A stretch of 64,000 nt of DNA, from the NCBI GenBank assembly GCA_964035545.1, contig OZ037772.1, positions 2,976,001 through 3,040,000 of the forward strand. The letters are read 5' to 3'. A program made the translations under genes and the position numbers. Positions 44,133 through 58,036 of this stretch are shown one piece after another. The notes under the pieces are model-generated. The model saw nothing but the letters and a program-made list of their open reading frames with translations. It was not told where the DNA came from and ran no database searches. Each line of letters begins with the position of its first letter. The stretch's first letter is position 1. Origin of the DNA: Bugula neritina. Taxonomy: Eukaryota > Animalia > Bryozoa.

Positions 44133-47100
44133 CTGTAGAATGATTTTTTGGACCTTTCAATCAGCATATGAAAAACTGTAGTCAAAAAACAAGTGATCAA
44201 AAGATTTATTTTATATAAATAAAAAGTGACAAAAATTTTTAACAATTATTGCAAAATAATACTTGCATAGACTTGCGTGCCATATTAATTACAAGTGTAG
44301 GCTAAATAACAAAAGAATGTGATATATACCATAACAGTTTATAAAGTAGAATTTGTGAAAACAATTTATAGAACAGAATCAGTATATATTTTCCTAGAAT
44401 GTTGTTTAGAGACATAAAAAAACTGCCTATGCACAACATACTTTGCATCTGTTTAGTATCTCGTAATTAGACATAAAAAAATCAAAGCCAATTATAAGGC
44501 AAAAGACCATAATACTGTACTATAATTGGATAGTTTTTCATCAATAAACAGGTAGTTGCCAGTGGTGGATATGAACCCCTCCATGATGTTTTTCGTACTT
44601 CTTCCTCAAAAAACATTTTCATTAAGCCAAAAAGAAATAACAATACACTTTTTTAGTTGACACTTTTTAATTTCTGACTGATATTTCACCTTATTTCCAA
44701 TTATAATTAACTTTTAACCGGCACTTTTCTTTGTAGTAATTCCTACCCTTTAGACTGTGTACTTTGAAATGAGTCTGTTTTACTCGTTACATAAAGTATA
44801 GTTGCACTGGCTACAGGTTGACACAAAAGCAAGCCTATCTTGATAAAATCATGCGCAAATGTAGAAACTACCGAGGAGTTTGTTCCTCATAATTAGAAAT
44901 TGACAAATTATTTTTAATCCGTTTAAAAGCATCTGGTTAGGGAAGCACATGCCTCGTTCAATTTGTTATTCTAGCATTATAAATAACAGAATGCAATAAT
45001 TATAAGTTTATGAAAGTATAATTTGTTTTCTTTCTAATTACAAATATAATATTTTAGTATATATTGTAAATTTATAAGGCTTGCATTAGGAATAACGCAG
45101 CTAAAACATCATTTTCCTTAAAGTCTTAAAAATATATAAGTATAAAATAATACACTATGCCAATAAACTTATTAAAGTACCAAGCAAGCTTAGCTAGTTT
45201 AAGAAAAATTACACTAGGTAAATTACCATTATTTATAGAATGCTTGCTGATATTAGCTTTTGATGTAATTAAAGTAAATTATTATTTATCTTTCTAGCTA
45301 AGGATTTCTTGCAGTAAGTTTTGCTTTTATGCATGGAGAAATGTCGTAACAAACGAGTTAAATTTTTATAGCACATAAAAATGTAATCTATAAGTCGAAG
45401 ATATTTAAACTTAGCCATTAACTCATTTTAATTATAAATGTCTTGCAATGTAGCCTAAATCTAATACAATACAAAATATATACCAGTATATATAATATAT
45501 TTTTACCATGCTGTTAATTACAGTATTTGTAAAACAAATTTTATGCTCATTAATTAAATGCAACAAATATTTATAAAATACCAATATTGTTGAATAAATA
45601 AATTCAATAATTCCTTTTCTATTTAGATAGCTGCATAATTTCTTGCAAGGTTGTATAAAGGAGTTGTAGCCCACAACTTATTATGTGTTCAATTGCCACA
45701 TATGTCTTAGGAAGAAGAAAACTCCACAAAAATTCTTAGTTTGAAAATTCTAGTATAATTAGAATCACTTAATATATGTCTTTGAAATGCATTTTGCCAC
45801 TCTGCAAAGTTGCAGGAACAAATATTGCATGAAGTAATAAATGATTTATGAAGTAATTAACGAATCAATGTAAAAACTGTTGTTGTATATAGAACACAAC
45901 ATATTGATTTTCTTCAATCTCCACATCAAATCTATATATTCAATTATATCTAACCAATGCTAATAAACTAAACATGCATGCATACAAATATTTGCATCAT
46001 GTGCAAGTAATTTTAGCTAATTAGCAACTATAGCATTTTTTTCATTATCTTTATTGCTTGCATATGTCTAAGTATTATTAAAATAAGGTTTTTATTTGCA
46101 ACTTTGCACCACAAATTGCATAAAATCTAAAAACTTGAGTTGTGACATAGGGCTACCTATACACAAATAGACCTTCATAAAACTCTCAATGATTTTATTC
46201 AACTCATGTATGCAAAAGTTTTGCTTTAACACAATTCTTCTAAATCATCCTAGAGCAGGAAATTATTACAAAAACAGCTTCTCATATATAATCTTTCGCC
46301 AGATTAATTTTTTTTCCTGTATTTAAACTAACTTAGCAAGTGGAGATTGTGATATCACTCAGGTAATCACATATATATTATTCATAGCTGTAATACTTTA
46401 GCAATGAATAGATCATGTTTAATTTCCACTCTACCTAGCAGTTTTTCAGAATTATAGAGCTATGTATATCGTGAAACTGGAATAGCCTAATAGTTTTACA
46501 TGTGTTTATAGCTAGACAAATTAATTTAAAAAGCTTACAATAATTAGATGATATTTGCATTCTTTTGAAGGTTATGGTGAAGCTACTGCAAAACTGGCCA
46601 TTAGTTTAGCATAATACGCAATGCCACGCAAAAGCATGCCAAACAAGCAATGTTTATTTACCTTACCAGTGCAATTTTATCACCTTAAACACAAAAGCAA
46701 GTATAAAATACACATCCATATTAGATTAACTGTCAAGTTAAAAAAAGACAACATATATTCATGAGCTGGTTCTGTTTGCACAAGTACAATTTAGACCAGC
46801 TTATTATTTAGATTGCCACAAAAACATGACATAAAATATGTCTTTAATCATTATTTTGATATTCACTGGTTGAAGATATTTTTTATATCCAAATATGTAA
46901 ATATTGTACATAAATCTTAAAAATTAATTAGGTGAATAAGGAAAACTGCTAATTTTATGAAACTGTTATGTTAATAAAGACAATGGCTATCAACAAATCC
47001 CACCAGACCACAAACTAATTGTAAATACTAAAGCAATTATATAGTGCTATGTGTTGATCTAGCCTAGTCAATACACCACAAAGATGTATTATGACATACC

Positions 47101-50100
47101 ACATTTTATGTACTGGGTTACCACTTATTCTAATGGGTATTTGTTTAAACTGTTATATACAGCTTTTTGCACTACCAATATACAAGTCAGTTGTTATTCT
47201 TTCACTTTTTATCTACATCTCTTTTTAATGCCAGTTACTTGTTAGCTTTAGTACAAACAGCTAAACATTCTACTCTACAGCCAATCTTACTGTTAACTCT
47301 TGTTTAACACTATTACAAGAATCTAAAAATTTGAGTGTGTTTTAAGTGTAATATTCTATCATTATAACTTTTAAATGAAACAATAATATGATAAATGCAT
47401 TATAACTTTCTGAAAAGTTTGTTTGCAAAGTAAATGTTTTTGGAAAATAGTTTTACAACATTTGCTAGGAGCATTATATTTATTCCTATCTAAAATAATT
47501 TTGTTTGAACTGATATGTTTGTAATCATGTAATCAGAAGTAAAGCATCAGTAAAATGAGTATAAGTAGAAGCTTGACAGCTACATTAGGCATTGCTACAT
47601 AGTACATAAATATATGGCCGTATTAACTACTTAGCTGCATTCACAGATAAATGCATGGCTTGCAATTACAATACCATGAATACATTATTTATTTAGCTGT
47701 GTAACTATACAATTATGCCAAAGTGAAAAGCCTTTGGTTATTAATGCCTGAAATGTCTAACAATCTACTTGGGAGACCACCTTGTTGTTACAGAGTGAAT
47801 GAGTTATTTGTTTGGCATTTGGATGATGGCACAAAGAAAGGCTATTTGGTTTGTTACTTGAGACTAGTAGCAAACTGCTTCAGTCATAGCATCTTAGAAG
47901 ATTTTGCATCACTTGCTAGAATTGTACATTATTTTAATGTAGCTATTGAAATTAATATCTCACTGAAAACACAGTATTGCAAAAACTTAAGCTGTACATA
48001 ATTATATTATGCATCAAAAAGTACTTCTGCTATTCGACTATCCCAGGTTTATTTTTAACTAGCACTTCCAAAGTGCCTTGACTCTATTACAGTGTTTTCT
48101 TGCTAATTTTGTTCTTCTCAATAGTGAAATAGATCTATTGCAAGAAATTAATGACTAGATATAACAATAATGATTTTTAGGCAAGACTGCCTGCATTACA
48201 TATGTGGCAACCCCTAAATCACTTTCGCATCTATATTGCTCATCTGCTAGCTTGAAATACCCCTCTCCTTGGACTAATCTCAGGCTTTTCATTGTTGTTT
48301 AAACAGTTTTTAAACTCCTATTTCAATAAATCATTACCAACACTGCCTGCATGTATTAATATTCATTAGTGCCATCAATGCACTGTGGAGACAGCACCTG
48401 ATGTTCTGTATATTACATTATAGTACAGAGATATTAAATCCAAAACATCTAAAATAATTGATGATTCTACCAGATTTTTAGCACACCTATAAAATGTATT
48501 CCTGTAGTAAATATTAATAAGATGTTTTAACTGATAGTTTTTATGCCATTATAATAGTTTGATACTATAACTACAACTTGAAACTCTTTAACCAGCACAT
48601 TGGTTAGTAATATTGCTTCTTGATATTTAATTGCTGGTTCACAAACTATCAATAATAGGGATGCATATCAAAACTTGACTGCATTCATAATATTATTTTA
48701 ATGCTAGGTAATGACTAAGCATGTCTGGCTGATATGAGGTGACTATTTTGTACACTGTTTAACAACATCAGCTTTTTGGGTTCATTTAAAGCATCTGCAA
48801 ATCTGTATTATACATAATTACTGTTAGGGCCAATTAATTAAATTGTTAACCCTGAAATGCTTTTTACATTGTAATACTAAGTAGTAAAAGACATGTATAT
48901 ATATATATATAAACTGATTGTAATTTATACATAACATTGTACATTTAAAAAAAAATCACAAAATACATAACTTATTAGCTAAATTTCAAGGCGTTTTGTA
49001 GGTAGTGGGTTAATGTCAATAAAGTAGAATCCGGGAAGTTGAGTAGCTTTATTCAAGAGGAAGGCTCTCCAACAGTTCTACCAAAGCCTAAATAACATGT
49101 ATAAAATAAAGGTTATATGTACAAATTTTTTTCCAAAACAGCCTGCAACTGTTTTGCTATTGCATATGCCCTATGCCATTCATCAAGTGGAACAATTTTA
49201 ACCAGGATATCTAGAAAAGTTGACACAAGGGCTTTATAAACTATGTAACAGTAAAACTGTGAGTAGAAATTAATTGACACTAATGAATAATGAGAATAAC
49301 TTTTTTACTCACTCAGATAGAATTTAAAGGCAAAAGATACATGTGCAGCATATATGCAAGTCTCATAAAATGACAACATTACTAACCTAGTCTTTAGACC
49401 TGTTATGAAACTGAGTACACAGTTGATGACTCTTGACTGCTCTGCTGCCCTCTGCTAAATCTAAAAATAAAAATAATAATTCAGCAACAAAATTGCAATG
49501 GAATGCTGGAGGATTTGGTTTTGAAGTCAGCCCAAATAATGCCTAAATGCACATTACCTAGTACAATGCTTACCAAGAAGCAAGAATAATATATCTAAGG
49601 CTTGTGATGTTACCTAAATAACAAAATATGAAATTCTTTGTGTTAACCATGTTTGGTGGTCAAAATAATTATTATTGTAGATTTAAAAATTTCTCCATGC
49701 AGTCAAGTACTTTACCTCAATAAAAAGATTGATCATAAGCAAATATTTTTCATGACTTACTTAGGAATGGATATTAGATTTTTGTTATTGTGACTAACAA
49801 ACTTTTCGAAACTTACTTTTGCATGTTTTAGCAATGAAAATAACATAGTTACAATCAATATTTAGATTACCAAAATAAAACTTCACCAACTTAAATAAAT
49901 TTAAAGGAGCTTTCTATTATTAATCATGTGCATTACCTGCTTGATCACCTTTAATAAAGTTCATCAGTTTCTTCTTCTAAATATTCTCTATTAAACCAAC
50001 TTCATGCTTTAGGTGCTGGCAACAACCTTAAAAGAAAAGTTATATAACAAACAAATAGAAAAAGCACAAAACAAATCAACAGCATTATATACAATTGGGG

Positions 50101-50221
50101 CACATACATGAAAACAGCAGCTAGTGTCATTTTCTTAAGACAGCACTATTTTAGGTGTAAAGTTAAGAAGTATTAGAAAATGCAGAAATTTACTGCAATT
50201 GGTTCATTTTACTTAAGTTAG

Positions 50222-50575
50222 TACATACTGAAGATCTCAAGTTTTTGCTAATGAACATGAGTTTTGGCCCGAAACAAAAAAAATATCAATAAATACACCT
50301 AAATAATCAAGGCTCTTTTTAATTTTCTTTGATTTCTTATGCTTTTTTCTAATTACAGCAACTTCTGACTGCGGATCGCCACGGTTAGTTTGTAACAGTA
50401 GGCAATCCAAATGAAATGAATAAATAGGAAAAAACATGAGAAATCATGCAAAATTAAGAAGAACCTTGATTATTTAGGTGTATTTTTTGATGTCTCACTA
50501 ATTTTAAGCAAAAAGCATTGTTCATTAGCAGCTAAACTGTAAAAATGGCTAAAAACTGCAGATTTCCAGTGTGTA
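50222..50575. mobile_element. Palindromic MITE-like element
   Basis: Imperfect TIRs TACATACTGAAGATCT / AGATTTCCAGTGTGTA and internal inverted repeats (AATACACCTAAATAATCAAGG at ~50292; CCTTGATTATTTAGGTGTATT at ~50464). Confidence 0.65.
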
Positions 50576-52661
50576 CTAAATCAAATAAAAGGACCCAATC
50601 ACCTCTGCAACATAATTCAATAATTGCATGGTCAAGCAGAATAAACTACAATTAACAGCAACAACAGTGTAATAGTTGCGTAGAAAAGTTGTACTGCAAA
50701 AAACTAAAAGAATGCAAAATCTATAAATGTGTGCTACCAAGTAAATGCTGAACAGACATCATGAAATAGTGTACGGAATACAAACTATTAAACTTACCTG
50801 TTGATCTAATGCAGCCAAAACCTTAAGCTTAGAGTAGTGGAATGGTGCTGTTCGATGTTGATATGCTACAAGTAGCTAAGATGACTCAAATTCTTGCCTT
50901 TAGGAGTAAGAGGCCTCAGCTCAGTTTCAACAAAACTTACAATAATCTCAACGGATGCGCTCAATTAGGAGCCACAACAAAGCACACCCATGTCATTTTA
51001 GTAAACTCTAAAAAATGAACGGAAATAAAACTGTTAGAGAGTAAACAGAGAAACATAATATAGTGATGGGGGAAAAACCTGTCAGAAAAGGTTATATACA
51101 CTCATAGTCATAACACGAAGAAAAAGATAATGAATAACAAGCTATTCAAGATGACACAAGAAACCAAACAAATTTCTTTGACTAAAAAATATAATTAAAT
51201 ACTATATTACTTGGCAAAAAATATTTGTTTTGAAAGTATTATTGGGAAGAATTGCCAGTGTCTTAAATTTTGAGATTAAAGTTTCTGCCTTATAGCGGAA
51301 ATAGAGAGGCAATCAATAGTGTACAAAACATGTTTTCAGTCATTGGCTGTTGACTAAATTGACAAAGTTAAAGAAAGCTTCCATATCATTATTTATTTTG
51401 TTCTCAAGTGTGTGGTTACAGTTTCATGAGTCAGAAATATAATTATTTGAGATATGAAATCAAATGTAGTCAAAAGAGTGTCATACAATTTAAAATGTAG
51501 TAATAGAGCTTTGACAATAATTTCTTCTGCTAAGTAAAACAGGTACCATTATGTGCTACTTATCTTTTAGAGATGAACATCAAGGATGTTGAAAACAAAA
51601 TAGTTGTAAATTACAGCAAATACCTTACTACTTACCTAACCAGAGAAAATAAGTTTTCAACCTTGCATGCACTCAGCTGGTTTTCAATGTTTGGATCAGT
51701 GACATCTTTATAACTGATAGCAGCATTATGTGATAGCTTTAGGAATTGTTACCTTAAATCTAAATTATATAGAACAAGAAGTGCAAAAATATGGCATTAG
51801 TACTCATTGCACAATACACACTTGCTAGAGTAGCTAATCTAGCATCACATTAATTTAAGAAAGACAAAATTTTATTACTGTTCACAAATGATGAATATTA
51901 AAATTTGAATAATTAGACAAATTAACAATGATATTGATGTTAGTTCAAACATTACTAATGGTAAACACCAAAATACTAATAGGAATAGTCATGTTAACAT
52001 CAATTAGAAAAGTCAAGATAATTTGAAAATGAGACAGTTTATAGGTCTAACTCTTATAGTTGACAAGCAGTTACAGGGCAGTCATATTGATGTAGGCTAC
52101 CCTCAAAATGTAGCACTTTAAAAATAATAAAAAGACAGCACATATAAGAACATAATCTTAAAAATAGGCATATGTTACACCTATATTTTGATTACCAAAG
52201 AAATCTTCTTTACTTTATTAATCTAGCTCATATAATGGTATTCTGTCTTAGTATGTTATTTTAATACTTGAAATCTAATCAGCTACAGAAAAGTACTTCA
52301 ATTCAAAGGCCTTCATAATTATTCTTTAGTTTGCTATTTAAATAGACAGTAAGGTTGATGAATAAAATAAAAGTTAGTAAAGTAAAAACTAAATAAATTG
52401 AGAATAATATCTCCACTCTAAGGTTATAATCATTATAAATTAACATTTTAATACTCCTGTTATCCTTAGGTATAGTTGTTAGCAATTTAACTATGAGCTC
52501 GAAGCCAAATGTCAGTATCAGCATCCCCATTACATTGACTAAGACTGACTTTATAACCCTCAAGCTGTGGCACTCAATTTCTATAAGTAGTAACTAATAA
52601 CAAATATAAAATTATTTATTTGCTACTGATAGTGATAATAATAATAATTAAAAATAATAAT

Positions 52662-55632
52662 ATGATCCATTAAAATAGAACTAATAAAGCCAACGACGTT
52701 AATGGTATGTCTAACTAAACATGGCATGTCTCGTCTGGCAGTGGGTATGTGGAGGACCAGGCAACCTACGGCCGTCAACCCGTTACTGGCACAACTAGAA
52801 GAAGATACTAAAGAGAAGACAACAAAGTTGTCATGAAATGCTACTTCAAAAGTACACCCAAATTGAGAGGTTATAGAAAAACAATGTATGAGCTCTGTAG
52901 ACCCGGATCAAGGAATTATTTAAAAAGAATGTGCAAACGCTGGAAAACAGAGGAGGGTTTAACATCAGCGAATAGAGACTAGCGGATTAAGCAAGAACTA
53001 TGAAGAAACACAAGCATTTTATGGAAAAAGAACTCCATAAGATTGAAGAAGGAACCTTGCAAGACCTAAGCACATCAATTGGTGAAGAAGATAATGAAGA
53101 GCTAAATTTGCAAATAGAGGATGTTATAGTACAACATGAGATAGCATATAAATCAGCCATGAGAACTTTAAGAGTACGTAGTTCAGAGGTAGAAAAAGTG
53201 TTAGTAGAAAAAATATAAATGAGCATAGCAAACTATCTAATGATCGACCAACACTAAGAGCCCTTAGGCACATTGAGAGGGTCAAATTACTACAGGCAGC
53301 AAGACAGATCAATGAAGTATTAGACTGTGTTGAGATTATTAATACCATTGAGCTCAATAACACCACCATGGCTTGTGCGAAAAATAGTAACAGAACAAGT
53401 GTGTAACAAAAAAGAAAAAGAAAAACGGACAATGTACAAGTATGGAAAGTATGAAGAAGAATAAAGTATGCAGAAGAAATAAAAAGAAATTAGATCAGAC
53501 TTGAGTAAAATAGTAGAGTGAAAAAAGTAGAGCTTACAATGATTCATTGAGAAGAATGGTTGAAGGAAAATCTAGGATAAAAAACAAAGAGTATGGTGTA
53601 GTGATTGAAGAACTGAAGCAAAACCTGAGAGCTGTAAGCTAGAAGATAAACAGATATACAGAATGAGTTGACCAATATAACCAGAACAGGATGTTTACAA
53701 TGATGAGCGCTTTTATAAAGAATTACGAGGAAATGAATGTACATCTAAAGAGGCACCCGACAAGAAAAACAAAAGCATTCTGGTAAAATATATGGGGGTC
53801 AGGAAACTAAAAATAATACCAATGCAGAATGGCTATACATAAAGTAAGCAACAAATTGGAGCATATGTAAAGACAAGGGAATTAGATCTTAGAAACAATG
53901 CAAACAACTGGAATGGCAATTAATGTCATAAGGTTGATAAGAAAAAGCATGAAATTAGGAAAACACAACTGAAATACCTGGAAGAAAAGATAGGAGAAAT
54001 AAAGATCAAACTAAGAATTTTTCAAGGAGACTCTTTATCTCTATCCCTTTTCTCCAACTACCAATTCGCATGACAGAAGCGGCTCAATGATGCAAATTTC
54101 GACGAGGCAGAAAGCAAACCATCTTCTATATGTGAATGACCTGAAGCTAAATAGGAAATCAAAGTCAGAACTGGAAGCTTTGGTAAACACTGCCAGGATC
54201 TTCACAAGGGACATAGAAATGAAATTTGAATTAAAAAATGTGCCACACCGGTTATGAGAAAGGGAAAGAAAATCAAGGACACAGGAATCAGTTTGCCTGA
54301 TGAACAAGCAATCAAAGATCTGGGTAAGAAGCCGTATAAATATTTAGGATTTTTTGAGACTGATAGAATACAAATATATGAAATGAAAAATAAGATTATT
54401 GAGTACTATAAACAATTGAGAAAAGTTCTGGATTCAAAACTGAATGGTGAGAACACAATCAAAGCAATAAACACATGGGCAGTAACAGCAGTGCATTACA
54501 CATCTAGAATACTTGACGGAACTGTTTCATGAGCTAAAAGATATGGACTGAAAGACAAGGAAGCTAATGACAACAAACCGTGCACCCCATCCAAGAGCAG
54601 ATGTAGGCAGGCTGTATGTTAGCAGAAGAGAAGGCGGTAGAAGAATGGTGTCAACTGAAAAATGCATAAATATTGAAAACTGCAGCATGTCAGACTACAT
54701 AAATAGAACATGGACTGATAAAAACACCACACTGAATACCTTCTTAAAAGACAAAACAGCGGTAGAACTAAATAATGATAAAGTGATAGAAAAAACTGAT
54801 GAGTGGAAAGAAAAAGCTTTACGTGGACAATACATCAAAATGGTGGAAGACATGAAAGCATTTTCCTGGAACTGGTTGAAGTATGGTTGGCTGAAAAAGG
54901 AAACATAAAGACTGCTGACAGCTGCGCAAGATCAACTATTCACTACTAGAAATTATAAAGTGGCTATGATGAAAGAACAGGGTAGCAAGAAGTGTGGAAT
55001 GTGTAACGCAAGACACAAAACTTTGATGCATATATTGAGTGAATTTGAGAAGGTAGCACAAAAATAATATAAGAAAAGACACAACCTCGTGGCATCGATA
55101 ACTTCAATAGTAGTTGTGTGAACTTCGTGGGTTTCAGAGAAGTAAGAATTGGTACGAACATCAAACAAAATCAGTACTGAAAAACGATAATGTAAAAACC
55201 TTGTAAGATTTTAACATACACACTGACATCAAAGTTAGGAGATCCGATATATTAGTAGTTGACAAGCATAATGCTGAAACAACGATAATTGATATCACAG
55301 TCCCTGTTGACTACAGAGTAGAAGAAAGAAAATTTGAAAAAATAGGAAAATATCAGAATTTAGCACTAGAATAAACCCGCCTTTGGAAAACACCAAAAAA
55401 GTCATCCCGTTGTAATTGGAGCCTTTGGAGCTTCATACAAGATTGTAGACTGGCTGACACTACTTGAAGTAGCTGAAAACAAATGCTCCCTAATTCAGCA
55501 GACACCCTTACTAGGATCAGGATAAGCTCACATCTTGAGGAAAGTTCTATCCATTCCAGCCTAGTGTAACTAGGCCAATGGTAAAAGGTTACACCAGCTG
55601 AAAAACTGCGGTCAATCAACAATAATAATAAT
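52662..55632 (+). mobile_element. Decayed non-LTR retrotransposon with restriction-like endonuclease (R4/Dong-like clade)
   Basis: Broken single ORF: N-terminal KEDNKVVMKCYFKS..RGYRK; RT IFQGDSLS (~54015) and NHLLYVNDLKL (~54118); YKYLG, NTIKAINTWAV, HPRADVGRLYVSRREGGR, LKKET..LLTAAQDQ; zinc-knuckle remnant KKCGMC..HILS..YKKRHN; RLE DILVVDK..IIDITVP..KYQNL; (AAT)n at both ends. Confidence 0.88.
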
Positions 55633-57176
55633 ATACAACTATATTAGTGCAGTTGGTTCTATTATATTAGATTAACATATCGATTATGACTTTTCGATTG
55701 CCACCCTGATACTATGAGCAAAATGTACAAGCATACGTGAAATTATAAATATGAGCATAGGTATAAAAATATGTATAAGTATAAATATAAATATAGGTAC
55801 AAGTATAAAACGAATGATTATATTAAAAATAATATTAGTCAGTGACACATATAACCGTAATGGTTTTTAGACTTACAGTTATCATTAACATTAGCTGAGT
55901 AATATGATTAGTTAAAATAATGGTATGCATTATTATATCATAGTTATAAGTTATAACTCTAGTCTCTAAAGAGCAACAGCAAGTGTAACTGGGATATTCA
56001 TATTAAATTTCATATTCACATGGTGCAATGTTTATGTTATGAACTAATTTATTCCTTCAACAACATTTAACTACATAATTTATTAACACTAACTTTGAGC
56101 AGCAGTATTAATAAAAGAAGCGTATTACACATATAAGATAATAAAATCCTTGTAGTAGGACTAATAGTAATATTAGGTCCAGTATTATTCTTGTTACCTT
56201 ATTCATCATTTATGAGTTATCAAATTTAAAATTACTACAAACTAATGTTTAATATTATTAAATTAAACTGAGTCTCATAAAAGTGTTACTAAGAATTTTA
56301 ATTATAATCGCAATGGTGATCATATTACTTTATTATAATTATTATATTTAATCATTAATGCTAAACTGAGTTAATGTATATACTTTGAGTTTTACTATTA
56401 CTAATTATATTTACACTTATAGTAAAACTAAATATGCAAAAGTTATACTTATACTTTTACTATTAGTATTTCATTAGACTTACATCTAAGATTGCAGTCC
56501 TATTACTATTACCACGAATACTACTACTAACACTAGTACTACTACTAGTACTAATACTAGTACTACTACTACTACTACTAGTACTACTACTAATACGTCT
56601 ACTACTGTACTAGTACAACTACAAACTTTGAAAATAACTGCAAGAGAGGTACGATTTAGTCTTTCTCTTTTTCTTAGTCTTACTGTGACTCTCAGTCGTA
56701 ATGTAAAATAAAATTGTGAACTATAAAGTTAAACCCGAGGCCGAAATTTATTTATTTAAATTTAGACAATCTGAATCATTGGCTCAATCCTTGAGTTTGA
56801 CTATTAGTCTTAGTATTAGTATTACTATTAGTGTTACGATTGTGATTATCATTGGCATTATGATTATGTCATTATAATTTTGGTAATTCTAACATTAATC
56901 ATAATCATAATATAAATGGTAATGATTAATGATAATTATTTTTAGAAAACAAGTTACAGCTTAGCATGATTGAAATTCAGTAAAAATTAGTTTACCGACA
57001 GCGAACATGCACGCGTCTTGTCAACATTCAATTCGTAGTGCCATAGAGAAATCCAGATCACTGGTAGTACGACTACTTCAAATATTACTACCAGTAACGG
57101 ATTACAGATCCTTGGCGATTTCAGCTGTGAGTGACCTTCACCTTACATTCTTGTCACGTGCGCGGCTTAAGACTTA

Positions 57177-57658
57177 AGCCCTGGCCACACGATCGTGAGA
57201 ATGACACGAAACTCGTGTGACGATTATTCGTGAGTTATCTTTTCGTATTGACCAGCCACATGATCGTTTAAACGAAAAGTCATTATGCCGAGATTGGTAC
57301 CGCAAGTTTATATAAGTTATAAAGAAAAAATTTTCCCATTTTTGTTATTTTTTTTGTATTTTATGTGTACATTTTTTTAGTTTTTGTTTATTGGTAAAGT
57401 TTTTAAAAACATTTTTTATGCATATAAAATTAAAAAAAAATTAAAACTCACTCATGCACGTAAATACAAAGCTATAAAGTTTAAGCTTCGCTGTGATTAC
57501 CATGTGAATATGAATTGAATAATGCTTGCAATAGCTATTTTACGAAAAATACTTTACAGTTGCTATAAATGTAAGACTAGTAAATTGGATGCAAATAGGC
57601 ATAGTAATACTACTTAATTTATGATATTTTTGAAATTTGTAGTAATTATTTAGCGTGC

Positions 57659-57738
<80 letters not shown>

Positions 57739-58036
57739 ACTCTGATGGCAACAAGTCATTTTTATTAGTCCGCGAATGAGTCTTGCACGAGATACAAGCA
57801 GCAGAACATTGCCAAATAGAGAAACTTAGTAGAAATGAAATAATCACTGTTGCTAAAATTCTATTGACCAATCAAATGGTACTTATCGTCGATTGTGATT
57901 TTTCGTCCATCGTCATCGTTGTGCACACCCAACGATGACGATTTCGTTTGAATTCCCTCAAATTTTCTCGTACGAATGTTTTTTTCGTGTCAAATAGACG
58001 ATTTCGTGTGATTCTCACGATCGTGTGGCCAGGGCT
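57177..58036. mobile_element. PIF/Harbinger-like MITE with internal (TA)n
   Basis: ~35-bp near-perfect TIRs AGCCCTGGCCACACGATCGTGAGAAT.. / ..ATTCTCACGATCGTGTGGCCAGGGCT; 3-bp TTA TSD (57174-57176, 58037-58039); (TA)n at 57662-57736. Confidence 0.88.

Larger units (their letters stand above)
47740..57148 (-). pseudogene. Unidentified decayed multi-exon gene remnant (possible N-terminal membrane anchor)
   Basis: First-exon-like segment ~57148-56996 reads M*GEGHSQLKSPRICNPLLVVIFEVVVLPVIWISLWHYELNVDKTRACSLS then GTAAAC; exon-like AG..GT blocks at ~51760-51635, ~51007-50798, ~49460-49310, ~49087-48975 and ~48485-47740 contain stops in all frames examined. Confidence 0.3.
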
